DNA of 64,000 nucleotides from an uncultured Eubacteriales bacterium (GTDB lineage Bacteria; Bacillota; Clostridia; Oscillospirales; CAG-272): NCBI GenBank assembly GCA_934402395.1, contig CAKRTQ010000002.1, positions 15,372 to 79,371 of the forward strand, read 5' to 3'. Shown piece by piece: positions 56,626 to 64,000 of this stretch (position 1 is its first letter; each line of letters starts with the position of its first letter). The notes under the pieces were generated by a model. It saw only the letters and a program-made list of their open reading frames with translations, ran no database searches and was not told where the DNA came from. The position numbers and the translations under genes were made by a program.

Positions 56626-57851
56626 TGAAAAGATCAAGAATACTTTCGCTTGCGGCAGTTGCCATTCTTCTTCTGGCACTTGCCATGCCCACGCTGGCAT
56701 CATGCGGGTCCGGTGACGGAACGCTCACCCTCAATGTCTACAACTGGGGCGAATACATTTCCGACGGTTCTGAAGATTCATTTGACACAAACCGTGAATT
56801 TGAGGCATGGTACCTTGAAAACTACGGCAAAAAAGTAAAGGTGAACTACACGACATACGCCTCAAACGAGGATATGTACGCCAAGCTGAAAAGCGGAGCC
56901 GTAAGGTACGATATAATCATTCCATCAGACTATATGATAGAGCTGATGATAGAAGAGGATATGCTTGAGGAGATCAACTTCTCAAATATACCGAACTATC
57001 AGTACATTGCCAAGGAATACCGTGGTCTTTTCTACGACCCGGAAAACAAATATTCCGTTCCCTATACATACGGCATGATAGGCATAATCTACAATACTTC
57101 GATGGTGGAAGGAACGCCCGACAGCTGGAACCTTATGTGGGATGAGAACTACAAGGGTAAGATTCTCAACTTCAACAACCCGCGCGATGCATTCGGGACA
57201 GCCATGTACCGTCTCGGGATCGATGTCAACACGACCGCTCACGCCGACTGGGATGCGGCATTTGAAGCTCTCAAAGCGCAAAAGCCATTGGTGCAGAGCT
57301 ATGTAATGGATGAGGTCTTCAATAAAATGAAGGGCGCATCCGCCGCAATAGCTCCTTATTACGCCGGCGACTTTCTCACAATGTACGGAGACAACGAAGA
57401 TCTTGCGTTTTACTATCCCAAGGAAGGCACCAATGTATTTGTGGATGCAATTTGCATTCCCAAGGGCACACAACACAAAGAACTCGCGGAGGCGTATATC
57501 AATTTCCTGCTCTCCGAGGAACCCGCCGTAGCAAATGCCGAATACATATGTTACGCTTCCCCGAATATGCTCGTCCGCGAAAACGAGGAGTACGCAGAGA
57601 CAATGAATGAACTGCATCCCGACGCATACAATATACTGTATCCCGACAATGTGGACTTTCTCACCTCATACTATCAGAATCTTTCAGGCGAAACACGCGA
57701 TTACATGAACTCACGCTGGGAGGATCTCAAGATCGAAAGCTCGATGGGCGGCGGGATCTACACGACATGCGCAGTAATAGTCATTCTGCTCGCAGGCTGG
57801 GCGATATTCACAGCGGCGAGAAAGAAATACCGCGCCAAATTCTACGAATAA
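56625..57851 (+). CDS. potD: Spermidine/putrescine-binding lipoprotein with an extra C-terminal TM segment
   Basis: Lipobox TLASCG, PotD-like LNVYNWGEYI. C-terminus GGGIYTTCAVIVILLAGWAIFTAARKKYRAKFYE. Confidence 0.85.
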   Translation: MKRSRILSLAAVAILLLALAMPTLASCGSGDGTLTLNVYNWGEYISDGSEDSFDTNREFEAWYLENYGKKVKVNYTTYASNEDMYAKLKSGAVRYDIIIPSDYMIELMIEEDMLEEINFSNIPNYQYIAKEYRGLFYDPENKYSVPYTYGMIGIIYNTSMVEGTPDSWNLMWDENYKGKILNFNNPRDAFGTAMYRLGIDVNTTAHADWDAAFEALKAQKPLVQSYVMDEVFNKMKGASAAIAPYYAGDFLTMYGDNEDLAFYYPKEGTNVFVDAICIPKGTQHKELAEAYINFLLSEEPAVANAEYICYASPNMLVRENEEYAETMNELHPDAYNILYPDNVDFLTSYYQNLSGETRDYMNSRWEDLKIESSMGGGIYTTCAVIVILLAGWAIFTAARKKYRAKFYE

Positions 57852-57866
57852 AAAGGACCTTTTGCA

Positions 57867-58589
57867 ATGAACTCACGAAAGACACTCTCAAGAATAATCA
57901 CAGGTCTGTTGTTTATCGTGATAGGAGTCGGCTATGTCGGCAAGTTTGCCGGCATATGGCCGAACTTCACGATATTCTTCCCCGGCTGGTGGACGCTTTT
58001 TATAATTGTTCCGATGATATTTTCAATTGTCAACGACGGTCCCGGGATATTCAATATCGCCGTTCTTCTGATAGGCGTCGCTCTGTTGCTTTCCAACGAT
58101 GCATACGGCATAATCGAATTCAGGCAGTTTATTTGGATCGCGCTTGCGGCGCTTCTCATACTGGTGGGTGTGCGCATAATCTTTGAACCGACAATACGCC
58201 GCGCAAAATATAACCGTACATTGCGCGAAAGTGCACCGTCCGGGACGTATTACAGCGATTCCGGTGAAAGAAAAAAGCTGAACGCAAGCTTCACAAGCTA
58301 CACTGAAAGCTTTTCCGGCTGCAATTTCGAAGGCGCGGATGCCACAGCATCGTTCGGAGAGCTTACGGTAGATCTGCGCGGCGCAGTATTTACGCACGAT
58401 ACCGTTCTGAACGCCTCGGCTTCATTCGGCATCGTTAAAATACTTCTGCCGGACAACGTGAACATAAAACTCAATCCGTCTTCTTTGTTCGGCGGTGTCG
58501 ATAACAGGCATCGCAATTCACCGTCAACCGGACTTCCGGTCATTATAATCAACGCCTCAGCCTCTTTCGGCTCGGTTGATATAAGGTAA
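57867..58589 (+). CDS. LiaF-like cell-envelope stress protein
   Basis: N-terminal 4 TM. C-terminal repeated beta pattern ASFGELTVDLRGA...ASASFGIVKILLPDNV...ASASFGSVDI typical of the LiaF C-terminal domain. Confidence 0.7.
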   Translation: MNSRKTLSRIITGLLFIVIGVGYVGKFAGIWPNFTIFFPGWWTLFIIVPMIFSIVNDGPGIFNIAVLLIGVALLLSNDAYGIIEFRQFIWIALAALLILVGVRIIFEPTIRRAKYNRTLRESAPSGTYYSDSGERKKLNASFTSYTESFSGCNFEGADATASFGELTVDLRGAVFTHDTVLNASASFGIVKILLPDNVNIKLNPSSLFGGVDNRHRNSPSTGLPVIIINASASFGSVDIR

Positions 58590-58608
58590 ATAAAAACTTC
58601 CGGCAATT

Positions 58609-58646
58609 GGGGCTGTAAAAAACTCATTTGAGTTTTTTACAGCCCC
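58609..58646 (+). terminator. 17-bp hairpin after the liaF-like gene
   Basis: ggggctgtaaaaaactc-attt-gagttttttacagcccc. No distal U-tail, but the stem contains a T6 run. Confidence 0.55.
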
Positions 58647-58862
58647 GTCAACTTGTTCTCACTGGCTGAGCGCCGCCGTTTTGCCGCCGGGAAAGCTAAA
58701 AAAACGGCACCGAGAAAAAAAACGATCAAGATCGCATCAAAAATGCCGGTATCCCGACCGGCGTTTTTGAGTGGGTGATAAAACATTGAGTTTTTAACAT
58801 CCACTATTGTATTTTTATCGTATATGTGATATAATTCGGATATAAGAAACGGAGGACGCAGG

Positions 58863-59534
58863 ATGTACAGGCTGATGATAGTTGAAGACGATTCCGGAAT
58901 ATCGGAAGCAATTGCGGAGTACGCAAGATCATGGGATCTTGATGCACGGTGCACTGTTGATTTCCGCGCCGTCACAGATGAATTTGCCGCTTTCCACCCG
59001 CACATACTTCTGCTCGACATTTCGCTTCCCTTTTTCAACGGATATCACTGGTGTACGGAGATTCGCAAGCTCTCAAAGATCCCGATAATTTTTATATCGT
59101 CCGCCGCCGACAACATGAACATTGTCATGGCAATGAACATGGGGGCTGACGACTTTATTGCCAAACCCTTTGACCTCTCGGTGCTCATGGCAAAAATACA
59201 GGCGCTTCTGCGCCGGACATACGACTTTTCACAGTCGTCCTTTGTAATGGAGCATCGAGGCGCATTTCTCGATACCGGCGACAATTCGCTCACCTACAAC
59301 GGTTGCCGCATTCCGCTTACAAAAAACGAATACCGCATACTGCTCTGCCTCATGGAAAACCGCGAAAAAACGGTGAGCCGCGAAAAGCTGATGGAAAAGC
59401 TCTGGGAAAGCGATGCATTTGTCGATGAAAACACGCTTACGGTAAATGTCAATCGCCTGCGAAAAAAACTTGACGCGGCGGGACTCATCGGATTCATAAC
59501 AACAAAATTCGGAGTGGGTTATATCATTGAGTGA
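58863..59534 (+). CDS. OmpR-family response regulator (BceR-like)
   Basis: Receiver MYRLMIVEDD...LLLDISLP plus a winged-helix output domain. GGAGGA RBS. Confidence 0.9.
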   Translation: MYRLMIVEDDSGISEAIAEYARSWDLDARCTVDFRAVTDEFAAFHPHILLLDISLPFFNGYHWCTEIRKLSKIPIIFISSAADNMNIVMAMNMGADDFIAKPFDLSVLMAKIQALLRRTYDFSQSSFVMEHRGAFLDTGDNSLTYNGCRIPLTKNEYRILLCLMENREKTVSREKLMEKLWESDAFVDENTLTVNVNRLRKKLDAAGLIGFITTKFGVGYIIE

Positions 59535-60540
59535 AATAAAAAAAGACAGCGACCTTGCTTTTTTTCTGCGTTATGTGAAGTCGGCAGGGCTGTGCATCGC
59601 ATACTATTTTATATTCTCGGCAATATTCGCGGTAACGTTTGCGCTTTACCGCCTTCCTCTCGCGGCTGTGATATATCCGGCGCTTCTTTCCGCGGTGGTA
59701 GGAGCAGGTCTGTTCCTATTCGGATATCTCCGCGCTCTCGGGCGTCACCGTCAGCTTTGCCGCGCCCAAACTCTTACCGCATCGACAATGTGCGATCTCC
59801 CCGCACCGCACGGTGCCTCCGACAGCGACTACGCGGAAATAATCGTTAATCTCAGACACGAGGCGCTCCTGATGGGTGAAAGTGCTCTCGAACGGCACCG
59901 CGACACGGTTGATTATTATACTGTATGGGCACATCAGATAAAAACTCCGATAGCGTCGATGCATCTCACGCTTCAGGGTGAGGATTCTTCCCTTTCGCGT
60001 CGTCTTTCATTTGAGCTTTCACGCATTGAACAGTATGTGGATATGGTCCTTGTCTATTTAAGACTCGATTCCGATACCGGCGACTATGTTTTCCGCAAAT
60101 ATAAGCTTGATGAGATCGTGCGGCGGTCCATACGCCGTTTTTCGGGCGATTTTATAACAAAAAAGCTTCGTCTTGAATATTCTCCGATCGACAAAGAGAT
60201 CGTGACCGATGAGAAATGGCTCGGATTTGTTATTGAACAGATACTTTCCAATTCACTGAAATATACTCCGGACGGCAGCGTAAGAATATATATGGACGGC
60301 GAACGGCTCATAATCAGGGACACCGGCATAGGAATAGCCCCCGAAGATCTGCCGCGCATATTTGAAAAAGGCTATACCGGATATAACGGCCGCACCGATA
60401 TGCACGCCAGCGGAATAGGTCTGTATCTCTGCCGGCGTGTGTGCGACAGGCTGTCAATAGGCATCAGCGCGTCATCGACCCCCGGCTCCGGGACCTCGAT
60501 AATACTCGACATGAGCCAGTACGCACTGCGGGCCGAATGA
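59527..60540 (+). CDS. Intramembrane-sensing histidine kinase (BceS-like)
   Basis: Two N-terminal TMs with almost no external loop. H-box WAHQIKTPIASM; HATPase N/G boxes. Confidence 0.9.
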   Translation: MSEIKKDSDLAFFLRYVKSAGLCIAYYFIFSAIFAVTFALYRLPLAAVIYPALLSAVVGAGLFLFGYLRALGRHRQLCRAQTLTASTMCDLPAPHGASDSDYAEIIVNLRHEALLMGESALERHRDTVDYYTVWAHQIKTPIASMHLTLQGEDSSLSRRLSFELSRIEQYVDMVLVYLRLDSDTGDYVFRKYKLDEIVRRSIRRFSGDFITKKLRLEYSPIDKEIVTDEKWLGFVIEQILSNSLKYTPDGSVRIYMDGERLIIRDTGIGIAPEDLPRIFEKGYTGYNGRTDMHASGIGLYLCRRVCDRLSIGISASSTPGSGTSIILDMSQYALRAE

Positions 60541-60541
60541 C

Positions 60542-60561
60542 ATCTTACAAAATTGTAAGAT
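60542..60561 (+). promoter_or_regulatory. BceR-type operator: inverted repeat aTCTTACAaaatTGTAAGAt
   Basis: Fits the TNACA-N4-TGTAA repeat I recall for BceR-like regulators. Extra half-site TGTAAG at 60575-80. -10 TATAAT at 60614-19. Confidence 0.6.
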
Positions 60562-60651
60562 TCAAAGCGGGAAATGTAAGACGATTCTATTGTCTTGCAT
60601 TTCCCTTTTCTGCTATAATATCAGCGGAAAAAGAAAAGGAGACAACTTACA

Positions 60652-61419
60652 ATGCAAAACATTCTTGATGTCAGAGGACTGAAAAAAATATATGTCACCA
60701 GGCTCGGCGGCAATAAAGTCGAAGCACTGAAAAATGTAAATTTCAGTGTCGCGGAGGGTGAATATGTTGCGGTGATGGGAGAGTCCGGTTCGGGCAAAAC
60801 CACGCTGCTGAACATTCTTGCCGCTCTTGACAAACCTACCGCCGGCAGCGTTACGCTCGACGGAAAAGACCTTTCGACCGTAAAGGAATCGGACGTAGCT
60901 TCATTCCGGCGCGACAATCTCGGATTTGTCTTTCAGGACTTCAACCTGCTCGACACATTCACCGTTGAGGACAACATTTATCTTCCGCTCGTACTTGCAG
61001 GAAAGCCTTACCGGGAGATGAACTCAAAACTCATGCCGATAGCGGAAAAGCTCGGCATCACCGAAATTCTCGGAAAATATCCATATGAGATCTCCGGAGG
61101 TCAGAAGCAGCGGGCTGCCGTTGCACGTGCGCTGATAACATCGCCGAAGCTTATTCTCGCCGATGAACCCACAGGTGCGCTTGATTCAAAAGCCACAGAC
61201 GAGCTTTTAAGGCTTTTCCGAGAGATCAACCGCACCGGGCAGACGATAATCATGGTAACGCATTCGGTAAAGGCGGCAAGCACCGCCGGACGTGTGCTGT
61301 TCATAAGGGACGGCGAGGTGTTTCATCAGCTTTACCGCGGCGACGCAACGGATGAACAGCTTTACGGAAAGATCTCGGACACACTCACACTTCTTGCGAC
61401 CGGCGGTGATGCAAGATGA
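60652..61419 (+). CDS. BceA-like ABC ATP-binding protein
   Basis: GESGSGKTT, ISGGQKQR, LILADEPT. Overlaps the permease gene by 4 nt. Confidence 0.9.
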   Translation: MQNILDVRGLKKIYVTRLGGNKVEALKNVNFSVAEGEYVAVMGESGSGKTTLLNILAALDKPTAGSVTLDGKDLSTVKESDVASFRRDNLGFVFQDFNLLDTFTVEDNIYLPLVLAGKPYREMNSKLMPIAEKLGITEILGKYPYEISGGQKQRAAVARALITSPKLILADEPTGALDSKATDELLRLFREINRTGQTIIMVTHSVKAASTAGRVLFIRDGEVFHQLYRGDATDEQLYGKISDTLTLLATGGDAR

Positions 61420-63467
61420 AAAAAGGCTTTTATCCTCACCTTGCCGCAGACGGCATACGCAAAAACAAACGGATGTATATTCCGTATATTCTCACCTGCA
61501 TCGGCATGGTGATGATGTACTATATAGTCACATTTTTGCAGTATTCGGAAGCTGTAATGGCGCTTCCCGGCGGCGAGACCATATCGGGAATGATGGGACT
61601 CGGCAGTTGGATCATTGCCGCATTTGCCGTTCTTTTTCTCTTCTACACGAATTCATTCCTCATCAGACGACGCAAAAAGGAATTCGGACTTTACAACATC
61701 CTCGGAATGGGAAAGAGAAACATCGGCTTTATTCTGTTCTTTGAAACTCTGATAATTGCCGCGATATCGCTGATTTCCGGGCTTGCGGCAGGGATACTTC
61801 TCTCAAAGCTTGCGGAGCTTGGGCTTGTTAGCGTAATGCGTGGCGGCGTCACCTATGATCTGACCGTATCTCCCATCGGGATCATCCTGACCGCCGGCAT
61901 TTTCGGCATGATATTTCTTCTTCTCTACCTCAATTCGTTGTGGCAGATAAGAAAAAGCAGCGCAATATCGCTTATGAAGAGCGAAAACAGCGGTGAGCGT
62001 CCGCCGAGGGCCAATTGGTTTTTGGGAATACTCGGAGCAGTTATTCTCGCGGCGGCATATTACATTGCCGTGTCGATTCAAAGTCCGCTTTCCGCTATGG
62101 CGCTTTTCTTTGTTGCCGTTATAATGGTCATTATCGCAACATATATGATAATGATCTCCGGATCGGTGCTCTTCTGCCGTATTCTGCAAAAGAGAAAGAA
62201 TTACTATTACAAACCCGATCACTTCGTTTCGGTGTCGTCAATGGCATACCGTATGAAGCGCAACGGCGCGGGTCTTGCATCGATATGCATACTCGCAACG
62301 ATGGTGCTTGTAATGATCTCATCAACCTCGTGCCTGTATTTCGGCGCCGAGGATTCACTTAACGAGCGCTTCCCGCGCAGTATAAACCTGACATATTATA
62401 TGAACGGTCCGGACTCGCTCGGCAAAAACAACATCGGTCCTCTGCGTGATGCAATATGCCGGACGACACGGGATGCACACGGTGAGGTAACGAATGCCGT
62501 AAGCTGGCGCAGCGTTTCAGTCACCGGATTCCTTAACGGCACCGAAGTCGAAACCGACCGCAATGTTTTTTACGATGCCAGATGGGTCGGCGATGTCGAA
62601 CACGTTTTCAACTTCTACTTTGTTCCGCTTTCCGATTACAACGACCTGACAGGGGCGGATGAAAAACTTGATGACGGCGAGGCTCTGCTCGCTCTTCACC
62701 GCACGACATACACAGCGGACACGCTGTCATTCAGTCACGGCGAAAGCTACAGAATCAAAAAGCAGGTCCCGGTCTTCGCACACGGCGGAGATATATCAAG
62801 TGATATTACCGCTACGATTGCCGTGATCGTTCCCGATATCGCCAAAGCCGTCAGATCTCTTGAGTCATACAGTAAACTTGAACAATCAAACGTAAAGCTC
62901 AGCTCCCGCTGGCAGTATGCGTTCGATACCGGCGGCGATGAGGACACGGAGAAAGAAGTATATCTTGCTGTAAGAGATGTGCTCTGCGGACCGGATTTTG
63001 AAAATGAATACGACATAAACTTACGCTTTGTCGAATGGCGCGCCGCCAACCGCGACGATTTTTACGCGACATACGGCGGTTTCTTCTATCTCGGCATAAT
63101 TCTCAGCGTAGTATTCATATTTGCCGCCGTGCTGATGATATACTACAAACAGATATCCGAAGGGTATGAGGACCAGGCGCGATTCCGCATAATGCAGAAT
63201 GTAGGCATGACAAAAAAGGAAATACGTAAAAGCATAAATTCCCAGCTGCTTACCGTGTTTTTCCTACCTCTTGTGCTTGCAGGGCTGCACCTCGGTTTTG
63301 CATTCCCTATGATAACCAAACTTCTCTGGCTGTTCAATTTCAGCAACGTGCGGCTGTTTGCCGCGATGACGCTCATAAGCTTTGCGGCATTTGCGCTTCT
63401 CTACACTTTTATATACCGCGCAACATCAAACGCCTATTGCAAAATCGTAAGCGATGCGCGTGAATAA
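61416..63467 (+). CDS. BceB-like FtsX-family permease (10 TM, large extracellular domain)
   Basis: 683 aa. FtsX-domain helices at both ends with a soluble domain of about 220 aa (aa 310-530) between them. Confidence 0.85.
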   Translation: MKKGFYPHLAADGIRKNKRMYIPYILTCIGMVMMYYIVTFLQYSEAVMALPGGETISGMMGLGSWIIAAFAVLFLFYTNSFLIRRRKKEFGLYNILGMGKRNIGFILFFETLIIAAISLISGLAAGILLSKLAELGLVSVMRGGVTYDLTVSPIGIILTAGIFGMIFLLLYLNSLWQIRKSSAISLMKSENSGERPPRANWFLGILGAVILAAAYYIAVSIQSPLSAMALFFVAVIMVIIATYMIMISGSVLFCRILQKRKNYYYKPDHFVSVSSMAYRMKRNGAGLASICILATMVLVMISSTSCLYFGAEDSLNERFPRSINLTYYMNGPDSLGKNNIGPLRDAICRTTRDAHGEVTNAVSWRSVSVTGFLNGTEVETDRNVFYDARWVGDVEHVFNFYFVPLSDYNDLTGADEKLDDGEALLALHRTTYTADTLSFSHGESYRIKKQVPVFAHGGDISSDITATIAVIVPDIAKAVRSLESYSKLEQSNVKLSSRWQYAFDTGGDEDTEKEVYLAVRDVLCGPDFENEYDINLRFVEWRAANRDDFYATYGGFFYLGIILSVVFIFAAVLMIYYKQISEGYEDQARFRIMQNVGMTKKEIRKSINSQLLTVFFLPLVLAGLHLGFAFPMITKLLWLFNFSNVRLFAAMTLISFAAFALLYTFIYRATSNAYCKIVSDARE

Positions 63468-63639
63468 GAAAATGAGACCTATGAAATTTCTTTCCGCATT
63501 GCGCAAAATAATGTCCAAAACCGTTTTCGGCTTCGGACTTACAATAATAGGCATTCTTGCCATACCTGCCGGCATTTTTGTCGGAATAATCATTATGATA
63601 TGGTCGCTGATAGACCGCATAATGAATGCGCTTGAATAA
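63454..63639 (+). CDS. Possible small membrane protein (61 aa or shorter)
   Basis: Hydrophobic core TVFGFGLTIIGILAIPAGIFVGIIIMIWSLI. Overlaps the end of the bceB-like gene. No clear SD. Followed by a terminator. Confidence 0.35.
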   Translation: MRVNKKMRPMKFLSALRKIMSKTVFGFGLTIIGILAIPAGIFVGIIIMIWSLIDRIMNALE

Positions 63640-63680
63640 ACTGTTCCCGGCAGACCATAATGGCCCGCCGGGAACAGTTT
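63638..63680. terminator. Bidirectional terminator hairpin
   Basis: 14-bp stem aaactgttcccggc/gccgggaacagttt. Overlaps the stop codon of the convergent LacI-family gene. Confidence 0.7.
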
Positions 63681-64000
63681 ATTCTGCTGCCGGGGAAGCG
63701 GTGCTCTCAAACACCTTGAGCGTCGGACAAAGCCGTACGCTCTGATATGAAACAGTAGGTTCACCATCCATTCTTTTGTGAAGCAAAACAGCGGCAAGTT
63801 CGCCAATATCCCCTGTCGGACTGTCAACGCTCGTAAGCGCCGGCCACATGAATTTTGATGTCGGATTTGCGTCTATTCCTATTACCGAAATATCCTCCGG
63901 GATACGCAGCCCCGCTTCGCGGATGGCTCGCATAGCGCCATATGCAATATTGTCATATGCCGCAAATACGGCGGTAGGCGGCTCACTGACTGCAAGAAGC
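63679..64000 (-). CDS. LacI-family regulator, C-terminal part (5' end outside the window)
   Basis: RAIREAGLRIPEDISVIGIDANP...SVDSPTGDIGELAAVLL is a typical LacI effector-domain C-terminus. The frame stays open to 64000. Confidence 0.75.
   Translation of the reverse strand, partial: LLAVSEPPTAVFAAYDNIAYGAMRAIREAGLRIPEDISVIGIDANPTSKFMWPALTSVDSPTGDIGELAAVLLHKRMDGEPTVSYQSVRLCPTLKVFESTASPAAE

Overview
This is a 64-kb chromosomal segment from a spore-forming Gram-positive, Clostridia-type genome. Supporting evidence: cotJABC, a small SpoIVFB-like site-2 protease, SpoIID-like/PG-binding proteins, an SPxTG sorting signal and a Bce-type module. GC is about 50% by eye. I call roughly 60 tightly packed protein genes plus one tRNA-Leu(CAA). 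Most are housekeeping: purB, lysS, greA, ftsEX with M23 and S41 peptidases, rsmE, clpC, gdhA, queA, dapA, potABCD. I saw no transposase, integrase, phage genes, rRNA or CRISPR array, so this is mainly core genome with a few accessory insertions. The items most worth a second look are: (1) An insulated single gene (45979-48399) encodes a tandem TIR-like / Sel1 / 9-10 x 42-aa TPR protein. It has no STAND NTPase and no partner genes, and it sits behind a perfect consensus promoter. This is my best candidate for an undescribed single-polypeptide NAD-targeting sensor-effector. (2) A convergent DUF1836-NfeD-unknown-flotillin operon has a perfect consensus promoter buried inside a perfect 16-bp inverted repeat. 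(3) A consensus promoter, an SD-led 27-codon sORF and nested RNA helices lie upstream of a 70-aa XRE protein. (4) A canonical + strand terminator has no + strand gene (candidate sRNA). (5) A cytidine-deaminase-like/GNAT fusion is translationally coupled to an alpha/beta hydrolase. (6) A LacI-linked operon carries two MBL hydrolases, an orphan SBP and an SPDTG wall protein. (7) A lipoprotein gene is split at an A7 run. (8) About eleven helically phased T-tracts lie upstream of the pot promoter. All functional calls rest on motif recognition by eye and hand translation. No database search was run.
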